A DNA stretch of 64,000 nucleotides from Abditibacterium sp. (GCA_965199495.1 CBDASK010000003.1:4640001-4704000); one strand, 5' to 3'. Numbered from the stretch's first letter, positions 18,910 to 29,861 are shown. Program-made: numbers and translations. The notes: generated by a model from the letters alone, not told the origin.

Positions 18910-21900
18910 TCAAAACCGATTTGTCAGACCGAATTCAATGTGACGCTCGCCCGTACGGTAATCTTGGAAAGCGAACTGGCGCGTATCGAAGATATTAGTG
19001 ACGTTAAAGAACAATTCGTTGCGCGAGGAACCTTCGCGCGCCAACAGCAAATCAACGGCGTTGGTCGAGCCGAACGGAGCGCGCCCGCCGCCCACATCCA
19101 AACCGCCCAGAAACGAACCGGTGTGGCGCACCCGCAAGCCGACTTTATTGCCGGAATTCGACAGATATTGCAGCGACAGATCGCCCAGCAAACGCGGCTC
19201 GTAGGGCGCGTGGCTGCTGTAACCATCGGCGCTCACCGAACGCGAAACCAGACCGCCGTTTAAGAACCAGTTGCGGCCCAGACGGTTTTCGGCGCGCGCG
19301 CCAAACCCCGATCCGCGCCAACCATCCAACTTCAGCGAGGCCGCGACGGGCGAAGGCAAACCGTTACCAAAACCCTGAAAATCAGGCCCGCCAACAACAA
19401 CATTATCCGCCGAACTCGCGAAGGCAAATAAGCGCACAAAACCACTTTTGCCGACGTAACGCTCGACATCAAGTTGCGCCAGTTGCATCGTTTGTGGCAC
19501 GCCGTAAGGCACGGCGCCGCGTTGCGTAATCAGCAGAGTTTCATTGGGCGCGAATGCGCTCGTCGTCGCGTCCGTAACGCGCTTGTTGAACGAAAACCGC
19601 AGCGCCGTGCGCGCATCGGCCTGATAGTTTGCCAGAAAACTCGGCAAAACGTGCGTCTGATTATCAACAATTCCGGGCGCCAGTTGCGTCTGATCCAAAA
19701 TCGCCAAGCCGCCATTTTGCGAGCGCTGGTTGCGCTGCACGCGCAGTTGGCCGATCAAAGAAAATTTCTGGCCAAAACGCCCGGCGTATTGGCCGTAAGC
19801 CAGATTGGTGACGTTGGTTTCATCGCCAAAAAGTCGGCCCTGCTGACCAGCCACGGACAACGGCAAGTCGCCGCTCAAATCGAATTTGGTGCGCGCGCGC
19901 GCCAATCCAAAGGTGAAAGTCCCCGCCTGTGTGGTGCCGCGATTGACCTGCAAATCGTAGCGCAATTCGGGCAGCAAACCGTTCGATTCGACATCTTGGC
20001 GCGCGATATTTAAATCGGAACCGGCGACGCCGAACGAGTTACCCAACGGATCGGTCACGGTGTTTTTCTGGCGCGCGCCGCGCACACCGACCCACAAATT
20101 GCTGTTGGCGCTCAGGCGCTGACGCGCGGCGATGCCGAGGTCGCCTCCACTATAGCGCGAGCGGTCGTCGGTGTCGGGCCGCGAGTCAGGGCCGCGCAAA
20201 CCATTTTCGGTCGAGGCAGCACGCAAAACCACGCCGATGTTGGTGCGCGGCGATGGTGCGTAGGTCAAAAACTGCCCGGTCGAATAGCCTTTGCTGTCGT
20301 CGTTGGTGCGCGTTCCGGCGCCCGCCTCGCGGTTGACTAGACTCAGCGAGTTCAACTTGCCGTCGTCCGCCGTGATGCGATGCGTCAGCCCGACCGTATT
20401 GGCGCCTTGCGTGCCGCCCGACGGCGTGAGTTCGGTGTGAATGCCACCGCGCAAAAGTTGCTGTGAAATCGCGGGGTCTTGAATAAACGCCTGCGTCAGG
20501 CTGGCCGACGACGGGCGCAAATCGCTGTTACCGTTGCGCAGTGCCAACTGCGCCATCGCCAGAGCGTTGGTCGGATCGTAGATTAACGCGGTGCGAAATT
20601 CGCGTTCCGATTGCGCTTCGAGGCGCCCGAAATCCAAAGCCAAACCTAAAATCGCGTGATACTGCCCGACTTCGGGCGCCAATCGAACCGCCTGCTGACC
20701 AGCTTCGATGGCCGCGCTGAGTTTGTTGGAATAGGTCAAAGTGCGCGCCAGTTCAGCCTGATAAAGCGCTGAGTTGGGCGCCTTTTCAATCGCCTGACGC
20801 TGGCGCGTTTCGGCGCCGCGATAATCGCCCTGCTCATACAAAACCGCGCCCAGCGCGCCCAGCGCCGCGTCCGAATTGGGGTTGCGCTCCAAAATCACGT
20901 TGACCGCCTGACGCGCTTTTTCCGGCTCGCCCATCAAGTTGTAAACGCGCGCCAATGCCGAAGCTGCGGGCAGAAAATCGGGCGACTGTTCCAGAGTGCG
21001 CTGCAAGTTGCGGAGGGCGTGGCTGTAGTCGCGGCGCCCGGCATTAGCCACGCCCAATAGATAATACGCTTGCGGCAATTTCGGATCGAGCGCGACCGCT
21101 TGCGCCGCCTCGCGCGCGGCACTATCGGCGTCGCCGCGCAGCAACAGCGCCTGTCCCAATGCCACACGCGCCGCCGCAGAATCGGGATCGAGCGCGACCG
21201 CGCGCCGCGCGTTGCGCTGCGAAGCGACGCCATCGCCCGCGAAAAAGTTGGCCAGCGCCAGGTTACCGTGCGCAAGAGCCGAATACGGTTGCAGCCTCGT
21301 CGCAGTTTCCCCTTCGCGCACGGCGCCGGCGACATCGTTTTCGTCCAGCAACGCCAACGCCAGCCACGCGTGCGCGGCATAGCTGACTTCGCTGTCGCCA
21401 CTCGCCACAGCTTTCAAAGCTTCAACGCCCAACGCGCGTTTGGCGGGCTGGCGTAACAACGCCACGCCGAGCGCCAAGCGTGCTTCGGCGCCTTGATCGC
21501 GGCCCAGCGCCGTGCTTCTGAGCGGAGCCGACAGCGCCCTTTCGGCGGCGATTTGCGCCGCGTCGGGTTGGTCGCGTTGCAGTTGAAGCCACGCCACGCC
21601 CGTCATCGCCGGAGCATAAGAATCGGTGTTACCGCTACCACCATCTTCAGCGACTTGCACCAATCGCGCGCCAGTTTTCGAGGCCGCCTTGAATGCTTCG
21701 TTGGCTTCGTCGAGCCGATCTAATTCCAGTAAAACATAGCCCAAACGCGTCAACGTTTGCGGGTCGCGCGCCAACTGCTCGGCGGTTTGGTACTGAACCA
21801 ACGCTTCTGGATAACGATGCGCATCGAACAAAGCATCGCCCAAATCGCGCAAAACGGCGGCGTTATTTGGCGCGGCCTGTGCGCGAGTTTGGCGGCGCGC

Positions 21901-22569
21901 GAGTTCGGGCGCGACGACTTTGGGATCGAGCGAAATCCAAAACTTTTCGCGCGAGACGGCGGCGCGATCCAGCGAGGCCGTCCATTCGGTGATTAAGCCA
22001 CCGTTTTGCACGGTGACCGGCGCCGTCGGCGCCAGACCGGGCCGCGCGATACTACGCTGCGAAGAATTCACGATAACCGAGCCGAACTTGTTGAAAAATT
22101 CAACTTCGCCTTCAACCACGACCAAAGCGGTCGTGCCGTCACCCGCAGCCACGTCGAGGTGAATCTCCGTCCCGCGCACGCCCAGGGAGACGGTGCGCGT
22201 TTCGATGGCGTTGCCGGGCCGCAAGCGCGCCCACACGCGCCCACTGATTGCGCGAAATAAACTGCGCTTGCCATCTCCCAGCGGTTTGGGTTCTGTGACC
22301 TGAATCGAAGAATTCTCGCCCAGACGCACTTGCGCGCCATCGCTCCACAACAACGTCAACTTGCCATTGGCGCCAGTTCCCACAACGTTTCCGATGTAAA
22401 GTGGAGTACGACGCGCCAAGTTCGCCCTGGCCGCGCCAGTTTTGGTGCTGACCCAGGTCGTGCCGGTCGCAGTTCGCACTGTGCCAACGGGAGCCGCAGC
22501 CCACGCCGCGCCGCTCGACATCGTGAGAACAACCAAAGCAGTCCAATTGGGAGCAAGTAATTTTTTCAT
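18910..22569 (-). CDS. Outer-membrane protein: FecR domain + TPR array + C-terminal beta-barrel (NsrA-like)
   Basis: Signal peptide; SDGAQVRLGENS, LGVRGTE, VVEGEV (FecR); many TPRs (AVALDPKLPQAYYLLG); amphipathic strands ending FGLTNRF. Confidence 0.85.
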   Translation of the reverse strand: MKKLLAPNWTALVVLTMSSGAAWAAAPVGTVRTATGTTWVSTKTGAARANLARRTPLYIGNVVGTGANGKLTLLWSDGAQVRLGENSSIQVTEPKPLGDGKRSLFRAISGRVWARLRPGNAIETRTVSLGVRGTEIHLDVAAGDGTTALVVVEGEVEFFNKFGSVIVNSSQRSIARPGLAPTAPVTVQNGGLITEWTASLDRAAVSREKFWISLDPKVVAPELARRQTRAQAAPNNAAVLRDLGDALFDAHRYPEALVQYQTAEQLARDPQTLTRLGYVLLELDRLDEANEAFKAASKTGARLVQVAEDGGSGNTDSYAPAMTGVAWLQLQRDQPDAAQIAAERALSAPLRSTALGRDQGAEARLALGVALLRQPAKRALGVEALKAVASGDSEVSYAAHAWLALALLDENDVAGAVREGETATRLQPYSALAHGNLALANFFAGDGVASQRNARRAVALDPDSAAARVALGQALLLRGDADSAAREAAQAVALDPKLPQAYYLLGVANAGRRDYSHALRNLQRTLEQSPDFLPAASALARVYNLMGEPEKARQAVNVILERNPNSDAALGALGAVLYEQGDYRGAETRQRQAIEKAPNSALYQAELARTLTYSNKLSAAIEAGQQAVRLAPEVGQYHAILGLALDFGRLEAQSEREFRTALIYDPTNALAMAQLALRNGNSDLRPSSASLTQAFIQDPAISQQLLRGGIHTELTPSGGTQGANTVGLTHRITADDGKLNSLSLVNREAGAGTRTNDDSKGYSTGQFLTYAPSPRTNIGVVLRAASTENGLRGPDSRPDTDDRSRYSGGDLGIAARQRLSANSNLWVGVRGARQKNTVTDPLGNSFGVAGSDLNIARQDVESNGLLPELRYDLQVNRGTTQAGTFTFGLARARTKFDLSGDLPLSVAGQQGRLFGDETNVTNLAYGQYAGRFGQKFSLIGQLRVQRNQRSQNGGLAILDQTQLAPGIVDNQTHVLPSFLANYQADARTALRFSFNKRVTDATTSAFAPNETLLITQRGAVPYGVPQTMQLAQLDVERYVGKSGFVRLFAFASSADNVVVGGPDFQGFGNGLPSPVAASLKLDGWRGSGFGARAENRLGRNWFLNGGLVSRSVSADGYSSHAPYEPRLLGDLSLQYLSNSGNKVGLRVRHTGSFLGGLDVGGGRAPFGSTNAVDLLLAREGSSRNELFFNVTNIFDTRQFAFQDYRTGERHIEFGLTNRF

Positions 22570-22605
22570 AGCAACAAAGTTCGGACGGATTAAAAATCGG
22601 GCGTT

Positions 22606-23589
22606 TTAGCGCACATCGGGCGCGGTATCTGCGCCAAGATCGGTTGTCAAGCGCGTCAAGGCGCCATCGCTGAGGCTAAGCGAATAAAGGTCAAAGTTGT
22701 CGTTTGGATTAGACGAGAAAATCAAACGTTTTCCGTCGCGACTCCAGGCGGGCGCGTCATCGCGCAAATCGTTATGGGTAATTTGCCGGGCTTCACTGCC
22801 ATCGGCGCGGCTCACGAAGATTTCTGGGTCGCCATCGGCATCGGAAACAAACGCCAGTTGGCTCCCATCGGGACTCCAGGCGGGCGCTGTATGAAATGCC
22901 AGATCGGAAGTAATCGCCTTCGGCTCGCCGCCCGCGACAGGGCGCACATAAATCTGCGAGAAACCGATGAACTCGCCGTTTGGATCGTAGTCGGACGCAT
23001 AAGCAATGCGCGTCCCATCGGGACTCCACGCGGGCTGTCTTTGATCCAAAAAATCGCCCTCGTCAGTCAAATTGCGGATGTGGCCGCTGGCCACATCCAA
23101 AATCACGATATTGCTGCTGAAAGTCTCTTCGGAAAAAACACGAAAAGCTAACTTGGTTCCGTCAGGACTCCACGCGGGTTGCTCCTCAATTAACGGGCTA
23201 TCGGTGAGCCGTCTCACTCCACTACCATCGGCATTCATCAAATAAAGGCTGCTATGGCCACCACGCGTCGAGGCAAAAGCGATCTGACGCCGGTCGGGAC
23301 TGAGCGCCGGATCAACATCCGCTTCCGCACTGTTAGTCAAACGCAATTGCACTTTGCCGTCGCCGAAAGCGGTATAAATCTCATAGTTGCCGCTCCGATC
23401 AGATTGAAAAACCAAAGTTTCTCGTGCATTTTGTGATGTGCCCGAACTGGGGCCGCTTGCGCCACCGCCGCAACCTCCGAGTAGCGAGCTGGCCATTATG
23501 CCCACCGCCAGCACTCCAGATGACGCATAGGTTGGGATAGAAAGTAACACGCTCTGCAAGGTGCATCGGAAAAAAGAAGTTTTCAACAT
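22606..23589 (-). CDS. TolB-like PD40 beta-propeller lipoprotein
   Basis: LLGGC lipobox; repeated PAWSPDG motifs; start uncertain. Confidence 0.85.
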   Translation of the reverse strand: MLKTSFFRCTLQSVLLSIPTYASSGVLAVGIMASSLLGGCGGGASGPSSGTSQNARETLVFQSDRSGNYEIYTAFGDGKVQLRLTNSAEADVDPALSPDRRQIAFASTRGGHSSLYLMNADGSGVRRLTDSPLIEEQPAWSPDGTKLAFRVFSEETFSSNIVILDVASGHIRNLTDEGDFLDQRQPAWSPDGTRIAYASDYDPNGEFIGFSQIYVRPVAGGEPKAITSDLAFHTAPAWSPDGSQLAFVSDADGDPEIFVSRADGSEARQITHNDLRDDAPAWSRDGKRLIFSSNPNDNFDLYSLSLSDGALTRLTTDLGADTAPDVR

Positions 23590-23644
23590 CAACGATACTG
23601 ATGAGGCACGACATTGACCATTTGAAATTTTCGTGGCTAAAACA

Positions 23645-23678
23645 ATTTGGGCGGCGCTCTTACGAGCGCCGCCCAAAT
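23645..23678. terminator. Stem-loop between the beta-helix and TolB-like genes
   Basis: ATTTGGGCGGCGCTC-ttac-GAGCGCCGCCCAAAT. Confidence 0.55.
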
Positions 23679-23698
23679 ATAGACTAACGAACTCACGT

Positions 23699-25213
23699 TT
23701 ACGACCCTAGCACAACTTGGTCTGAGGTTGCGGGTTGGTGGTTAAAGCTGGTGAACGAAGATGAAGCCGGAGCAGTAGGCAACGCACCGGGAACCCAATA
23801 AGGAAAAACCTGACTATATATGCCAGTGCCTGAATACACGATGCGGTAATATTTGCCCGGAGCCGGGTTAACGATGTTGACCGAGGCAAATTTGGTGATA
23901 TACAAGATGTATGTCATATGCCAGAACGAGCTTTGGTTCGGCGCGTAGTTGTTGCCATATTCGATATTCAGCGTGCCATCGAGGTAAGCGTTGCCGTTGA
24001 CGCGCAGTTGGTCGTATTGAAGACCTGCAACTGGCCCCCAAATTTGCATATTCATCAGGCCATTGGCGGTTTGGGTGAAGTTGCCGTTGATGATGATCAG
24101 GCCGGGCGAGTGGCCGACGTTGATGGCGCCGCCGTCAATGACTACATCGCCGTCGATGGTGCCGCTACCGTCCAACACGCCACCCTTAATTTGCAGGCTG
24201 CCAGCGTCGGATTTTTTCGACGAACTCACGATTTCCAGCGTGCCGTCATCAATTGTTGTGGTGCCGCTTTCCTGCGTCACCGTATTGCCGTCGACCGGCG
24301 CGATTTTCAAGTGGCCTTTGCCCACATGCAGATGGCCTTTGTTTGTCACTGCCATTTGAATCTCGGCGTCGCCTTCCATCACTTCAAGCACGCCGTCGTT
24401 GTCCAACGTTTTCGATTTGCCAGAACAACCCAAAACGCTGCCGTTTTTGAGCGACATTTTCGCGCCTTTCTGATTTGAAAAATCTTTTTTGGCCAGAGTG
24501 CGCACGCCATCGAAAATTAAGGTGTCTGCGTTAGAAATAGTACCGCCTTCAAAAGCGCGGCTATCGCTCCCCGTGTTGGTCAAGATAACCGTGCCCTTTT
24601 CATTGGTGAGCGAATTGAACTGGACGGGAGCATCCGTCGCTGCGCCAGCCACGCTCAACACAAGGTCGCCGCCATTATTGTTCACATCGTCGAACTCGGC
24701 ATCAACCGACGCGCTAATGTTGATGTTCAACTTGCCTTTGTTATTGACTTTACCGAATTTGCCGTGCTTCTTTTTGGTTTTGGCTGCCGATGACAAGCCA
24801 TTGGACAGAGATCTCACAGCATCGAGCGCGGGCGCGTTCACGTTGAGGGTAGCCACCGCGCCAGCGGGAATGTTAAGTTCGCCTTCGCCTTCGACAAGGC
24901 CATCGGAACTTGTCCAGCCCGTGACGTTGAGCGCGCCGTCGTTCAGCAACGTGGCCTCGCTGCCCAAGCGCAGGTTTTTGAGCGTTACGTTGTCGGGCAC
25001 TGCCACCGCCGCCGTGCCGCCGATGAACACAGTATCCGCCGCGCCGGGCACGCCCCGTGGCGCCCAGTTCTTCGAGTTCGTCCACACACCATCGGCGGCG
25101 TTACCCGTCCAGGTGTAGTCCGCTGCGTTGGCCGCATAAGGCGCGCCCAACATCAGACCAGCCGCCATAGCGCCCAGCCAAAGCCCCTGCCAGTTTTGAT
25201 TCGTTTTTTTCAT
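23699..25213 (-). CDS. Secreted beta-helix protein (autotransporter-passenger-like, no barrel)
   Basis: Signal peptide; YTWTG..DGVWTNSKNW..GVPGAADTV; Gly/Asn/Thr-rich strands; GHSPGLIIINGNFTQ...YDQLRVNGNAYLDGTLNI. Confidence 0.8.
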   Translation of the reverse strand: MKKTNQNWQGLWLGAMAAGLMLGAPYAANAADYTWTGNAADGVWTNSKNWAPRGVPGAADTVFIGGTAAVAVPDNVTLKNLRLGSEATLLNDGALNVTGWTSSDGLVEGEGELNIPAGAVATLNVNAPALDAVRSLSNGLSSAAKTKKKHGKFGKVNNKGKLNINISASVDAEFDDVNNNGGDLVLSVAGAATDAPVQFNSLTNEKGTVILTNTGSDSRAFEGGTISNADTLIFDGVRTLAKKDFSNQKGAKMSLKNGSVLGCSGKSKTLDNDGVLEVMEGDAEIQMAVTNKGHLHVGKGHLKIAPVDGNTVTQESGTTTIDDGTLEIVSSSKKSDAGSLQIKGGVLDGSGTIDGDVVIDGGAINVGHSPGLIIINGNFTQTANGLMNMQIWGPVAGLQYDQLRVNGNAYLDGTLNIEYGNNYAPNQSSFWHMTYILYITKFASVNIVNPAPGKYYRIVYSGTGIYSQVFPYWVPGALPTAPASSSFTSFNHQPATSDQVVLGS

Positions 25214-25365
25214 GACAATTTTATAACTCTCTACCATTCTCCTCGATAAAATTAAAGGAGAATTTCTCAACTATACCACACCCCGATGACAATGACAAAC
25301 CCGCGAATGTTAGAACCAAAATTGCCAAACCTCGAAATCTGGCCATTCAATCTTCTTCTATGCCA

Positions 25366-25402
25366 AAAAGAAACGACCGCTCCAAATCAGAGCGGTCGTT
25401 TT
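25366..25402. terminator. Intrinsic terminator downstream of glnA
   Basis: AAACGACCGCTC-loop-GAGCGGTCGTTT. Confidence 0.65.
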
Positions 25403-25417
25403 CGATTTCATCTCAAC

Positions 25418-26875
25418 TTAAACGTCGAAGTAGAGTTGGAACTCATACGGATGCGGGCGCAGACGAAGCGCATCCACGTCGCCGCGTTTGAGGCCGACAT
25501 ACATTTCGATCAAATCGTCGGTGAAAACGCCACCTTCTTTCAAGAAGTCGCTGTCGGCTTCGAGCGCGTCCAAAACGGCTTCCAACGAACCGGGCACGGT
25601 GGGAATGCCTTCTTTTTCCTCTGGCTCCAGTTCATACAAATCTTTGTCGAACGGATCGCCCGGCTCGATTTTGTTTTTGATGCCATCCAATCCTGCCATC
25701 AACTGCGCGGTCAAAGCGAGATAGATGTTGCCGGTCACGTCAGGCGTGCGGAACTCGATGCGCTTGGCTTTGGGCGACTTGCTATAAAGCGGAATGCGCA
25801 CCGCAGCCGAACGATTGCGCTGACTATAAAGCAAGTAAATCGGCGCTTCGTAACCCGGAACCAAACGATGATACGAGTTGGTCGAAGCGTTGGTGAACGC
25901 CAAAATCGCGGGCGCGTGCTTCAAGATACCGCCGATATACCAACGCGCGGTGTCGGAGAGTTGGGCGTAGCCGTTCTCGTCGAACATCAGCGTGTTGCCG
26001 TCTTTCCACAGCGATTGGTGGCAGTGCATGCCGGTTCCGTTGTCACCAAAAATCGGCTTGGGCATGAACGTGGCTGTCAATCCGTGCTTGGCGGCGACGT
26101 TTTTCACGATGTATTTGTGCAGCATCATGCGGTCGCACATTTCGGTGAACTCGCAAAACGAAATGCCAATTTCGCACTGGCCGCCCGTCGCGACTTCGTG
26201 GTGATGCAAATCCACGTCAATGCCCGCGCCAATCAGATGACGCACCATGTCGTTGCGCACTTCGACCAATGAATCAACGGGCGGCGGCGGCACGTAACCG
26301 CCTTTATTGCGCGGACGACGGCCCGAATTCCATTCGCCGGTCATCTCGTCGAAAACGGGGCCTTCGTTGTGCCAGTCGCCTTCGAGGCTGTCCACTTTGT
26401 AGTGCGAGTAATGTCCATCAATACCGCCCGCCGCGCGCTGGCCGCCATACGAAACGCCGTTGAACAGGAAAAACTCGGCTTCCGGCCCGAAAAACGCGGT
26501 ATCGGCGATGCCGGTTGACTTCATATACTCGACGGCTTTTTGCACGATGTAACGCGGGTCGCGCGAATAAGATTCGCCGGTAATCGGATCCAAAATGTTG
26601 GCGAAAACCGACAAGGTCGGCGTATCGTAAACCGGGTCAATGATGGCGGTCGAAACGTCGGGCTTGAGCAACATATCCGACTTATCAATGGTTTGGAAGC
26701 CGCGAATGGACGAACCGTCAAAACCGACGCCGTCGTTGAAGAAATCTTCGTTGAGCGCGCTTTCGACCGGAAAAGTCAAATGGTGCATTTCGCCGAGCAA
26801 ACCGACGAATTTGAGGTTGATGAACTCGACGCCCGCGTCCTGAGCCATTTCGATGACTGATTGAATATCTGACAT
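25418..26875 (-). CDS. glnA: Glutamine synthetase type I (GSI-beta)
   Basis: FDGSSIRGF, HHHEVATGGQCEI, ATFMPKPIFGDNGTGMHCHQSL, NSYHRLVPGYEAP, adenylylation loop DKDLYEL. Confidence 0.97.
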   Translation of the reverse strand: MSDIQSVIEMAQDAGVEFINLKFVGLLGEMHHLTFPVESALNEDFFNDGVGFDGSSIRGFQTIDKSDMLLKPDVSTAIIDPVYDTPTLSVFANILDPITGESYSRDPRYIVQKAVEYMKSTGIADTAFFGPEAEFFLFNGVSYGGQRAAGGIDGHYSHYKVDSLEGDWHNEGPVFDEMTGEWNSGRRPRNKGGYVPPPPVDSLVEVRNDMVRHLIGAGIDVDLHHHEVATGGQCEIGISFCEFTEMCDRMMLHKYIVKNVAAKHGLTATFMPKPIFGDNGTGMHCHQSLWKDGNTLMFDENGYAQLSDTARWYIGGILKHAPAILAFTNASTNSYHRLVPGYEAPIYLLYSQRNRSAAVRIPLYSKSPKAKRIEFRTPDVTGNIYLALTAQLMAGLDGIKNKIEPGDPFDKDLYELEPEEKEGIPTVPGSLEAVLDALEADSDFLKEGGVFTDDLIEMYVGLKRGDVDALRLRPHPYEFQLYFDV

Positions 26876-27085
26876 AATTTTTTGGTGGCGCACTATTTTT
26901 TGGGTTACTTCCACACATTTTTGCGCCTTGCGCCTTGAAAGTTACCACGATTGAGCCGCGCACGGAAGGGCAAATCCTTTTCCATCGAGAAGTTAAACCA
27001 AATCTCATATGGATGTGGCTGCTACCGAGTTAGGTTGCGCAAAGCGCAATTTACCGCACACGGCTAATTGGATACAACTCGCCAA

Positions 27086-27121
27086 AAACGGCGCGCTCAA
27101 GAAGGAGAAGCGCGCCGTTTG
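27086..27121. terminator. Stem-loop downstream of glnII
   Basis: AAACGGCGCGCT-loop-AGCGCGCCGTTT. Confidence 0.55.
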
Positions 27122-27135
27122 GCTGGTTTATCAAA

Positions 27136-28155
27136 TTATGGCGTTGGAACCGATTCGATGGTTTTCAAAATTCGCGAAGCGATCTGGTAGGGGTCGCCTT
27201 CCGAGTTGGGGCGGCGATCTTCCAAATAGCCTTTGTAATCGTTTTCGATGAACGAATGCGGAATGCGAATCGAGGCGCCGCGATCAGCCACGCCGTAGGA
27301 GAAGGCGTCAATCGGCGCCGTTTCGTGCAAGCCGGTCAGGCGCAGATGGTTGTTCGGGCCATAAACCGCGATGTGTTCCATCTTGTTGCTGTCAAAGGCT
27401 TCCATCAAATTCTCGAAATACTCTTTGCCGCCGACTTCGCGCATATATTCGGTCGAGAAGTTGGCGTGCATACCCGAACCGTTCCAGTCGCCCTTAATCG
27501 GTTTGCACTCGATGACGACATCAACGTGATAACGCTCGCACAAACGGTAGAGAATATAGCGCGCCATCCACAATTCGTCGGCGGCTTTCTTGGAGCCTTT
27601 GCCGAAGATTTGGTATTCCCACTGGCCTTTGGCGACTTCGGCGTTGATGCCCTCGTGATTGATGCCCGCTTCCAAGCACAAATCGAGGTGCGCTTCGACG
27701 ATTTCGCGGGCGACTTCGCCAACGCTACGGTAGCCGATGCCGGTGTAATAGGTACCCTGCGGTTCGGGATAACCCTCGCGCGGAAAGCCCAACGGACGGC
27801 CATCCTTATACAAGAAATATTCTTGCTCGAAACCGAACCACGCTCCGGGATCGTCGTGGATGGTCGCGCGCGAGTTGGAAGGATGCGGCGTGACTTTGTC
27901 GGGCATCATCACTTCGCACATCACCAAGATGCCGTTTTTGCGCGTTGGGTCGGGATACATCGCGACTGGCTTGAGAGCGCAATCCGATGATTTGCCCTCG
28001 GCCTGCTGCGTCGAGGAACCGTCGAAACCCCAGAAGGGCAACTGTTCGAGCGTGGGAAATTCATCGAACTCTTTGATCAAAGTTTTTCCGCGCATGTTGG
28101 GCACGGGCTGATAGCCGTCGAGCCAGATGTATTCGAGTTTGTATTTGGTAGCCAT
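27136..28155 (-). CDS. glnII: Glutamine synthetase type II
   Basis: KLEYIWLDG, WGFDGSSTQQAEG, GINAEVAKGQWEYQI, DWNGSGMHANFST, RLTGLHET, YLEDRRPNS. Confidence 0.96.
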   Translation of the reverse strand: MATKYKLEYIWLDGYQPVPNMRGKTLIKEFDEFPTLEQLPFWGFDGSSTQQAEGKSSDCALKPVAMYPDPTRKNGILVMCEVMMPDKVTPHPSNSRATIHDDPGAWFGFEQEYFLYKDGRPLGFPREGYPEPQGTYYTGIGYRSVGEVAREIVEAHLDLCLEAGINHEGINAEVAKGQWEYQIFGKGSKKAADELWMARYILYRLCERYHVDVVIECKPIKGDWNGSGMHANFSTEYMREVGGKEYFENLMEAFDSNKMEHIAVYGPNNHLRLTGLHETAPIDAFSYGVADRGASIRIPHSFIENDYKGYLEDRRPNSEGDPYQIASRILKTIESVPTP

Positions 28156-28314
28156 TGGAGATGGGAAATGTCCTCGGAAATGAGGGAGAAATTTTAGCTG
28201 TCCGTGCAATTCAAACAAGGCAAAGACGGCAGAAATCAATTGGGAAATCGGATTAAAAGCGGAAGAATTAAGTATGGCTTTCTATCGTCGCTCTAACGCC
28301 CGCGAACGCCAATT

Positions 28315-28344
28315 TTCAGCCTTTATCCTTCAGCCTTTATCCTT
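28315..28344. repeat. Heptamer tandem repeat (TTCAGCC/TTTATCC)
   Basis: (TTCAGCCTTTATCC)x2 just after the glnB stop. Confidence 0.7.
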
Positions 28345-28346
28345 TT

Positions 28347-28712
<366 letters not shown>

Positions 28713-28986
28713 TTAACGGCGCGCTCAAAGCGCAGGATGGAGGCCAACATCGTTTGCACTCACGATTCGCGGTTTTGGGGCAACCCAAAACCAACTAAAT
28801 ATAATCGCAACGCCCAATAATTTAAACGCCGTATGTTTCGAGTTTATTTCAAAGGAGTAAAAATCGCCGCGCCCCGCATAACGTTAAAAATGATGAGTGA
28901 ATTGAGTTACGCTCCATTAACCAATTTTTCCCAACGGATTTTCGCTGTCAATCCGGGCGCAAACTTGCTCTACGCCTCGCCAACCT

Positions 28987-29853
28987 ATGATTCCCCTTCT
29001 GCCATTTGGCCGCACCAACCACAACAGCACGCGCACGCTTTTCGGCGCAGCCGCGCTGGGCAACGTCACGCAAGACGAAGCCGACGAAACCTTGAAAACG
29101 CTGCTCGATTTCGGCGTCAATCACATTGACACCGCCGCCAGCTACGGCGACGCCGAACTGCGCATCGCGCCGTGGCTGACCCGTCACCGCGACGATTTCT
29201 TTTTGGCCACCAAAACAGAAAAGCGCACTTACGCCGAATCCAAAGCCCAAATTGACGAATCGTTACGGCGCATGAACGTAGATCACGTTGATTTGATGCA
29301 ACTGCACAGTTTGGGCGACGAAAACGATTGGAACAAAGTCTTCGCTGACGATGGTGCCTTCAAAGCCGTCATCGAAGCCAAAGAGTCGGGCAAAACCCGC
29401 TTTGTCGGCATCACCGGACACGGCGTCCATATCGCGCGTTTGCACCTGCGCGCTTTGGAAATTTATCCGTTCGATGCGGTTTTGCTGCCGCTCAATTATT
29501 CGATGTCTTTGAACGAAGAATACATGAACGATTTCGATAAATTGCGCGCCATTTGTCGCGAGCGCGGCATCGCGCTGCAAACGATTAAAGCGGTTTTGCG
29601 CCGTCCGTGGGGCGACGAGGAAAAATTCGCCGCGACGTGGTATCAGCCACTGCGGGAACAAGACGCGATTGATAACGCGGTGAACTGGCTATTCGGTAAT
29701 TATCCCGACGTGTTTCTCAACACCGTCGGCGACGTTCACGTTTTGCCGCGCGTATTGGACGCGGCCTCGCGCTTTGATATAAATAACGTGCCGAGCGATG
29801 AAACAATGGCCGAAATGTATGCCGAGCGTGAAATGGCGCCGTTATTTGTGTAG
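28987..29853 (+). CDS. Aldo/keto reductase
   Basis: GVNHIDTAASYGDAE, FLATK, VDLMQLH, RFVGITGH. Confidence 0.92.
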   Translation: MIPLLPFGRTNHNSTRTLFGAAALGNVTQDEADETLKTLLDFGVNHIDTAASYGDAELRIAPWLTRHRDDFFLATKTEKRTYAESKAQIDESLRRMNVDHVDLMQLHSLGDENDWNKVFADDGAFKAVIEAKESGKTRFVGITGHGVHIARLHLRALEIYPFDAVLLPLNYSMSLNEEYMNDFDKLRAICRERGIALQTIKAVLRRPWGDEEKFAATWYQPLREQDAIDNAVNWLFGNYPDVFLNTVGDVHVLPRVLDAASRFDINNVPSDETMAEMYAEREMAPLFV

Positions 29854-29861
29854 GTGCAACG

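Noticed and set aside
26876..27135. Glutamine riboswitch or sigma54 promoter upstream of glnA
   Set aside because: No recognisable glnA-motif consensus and no clean TGGCAC-N5-TTGC.
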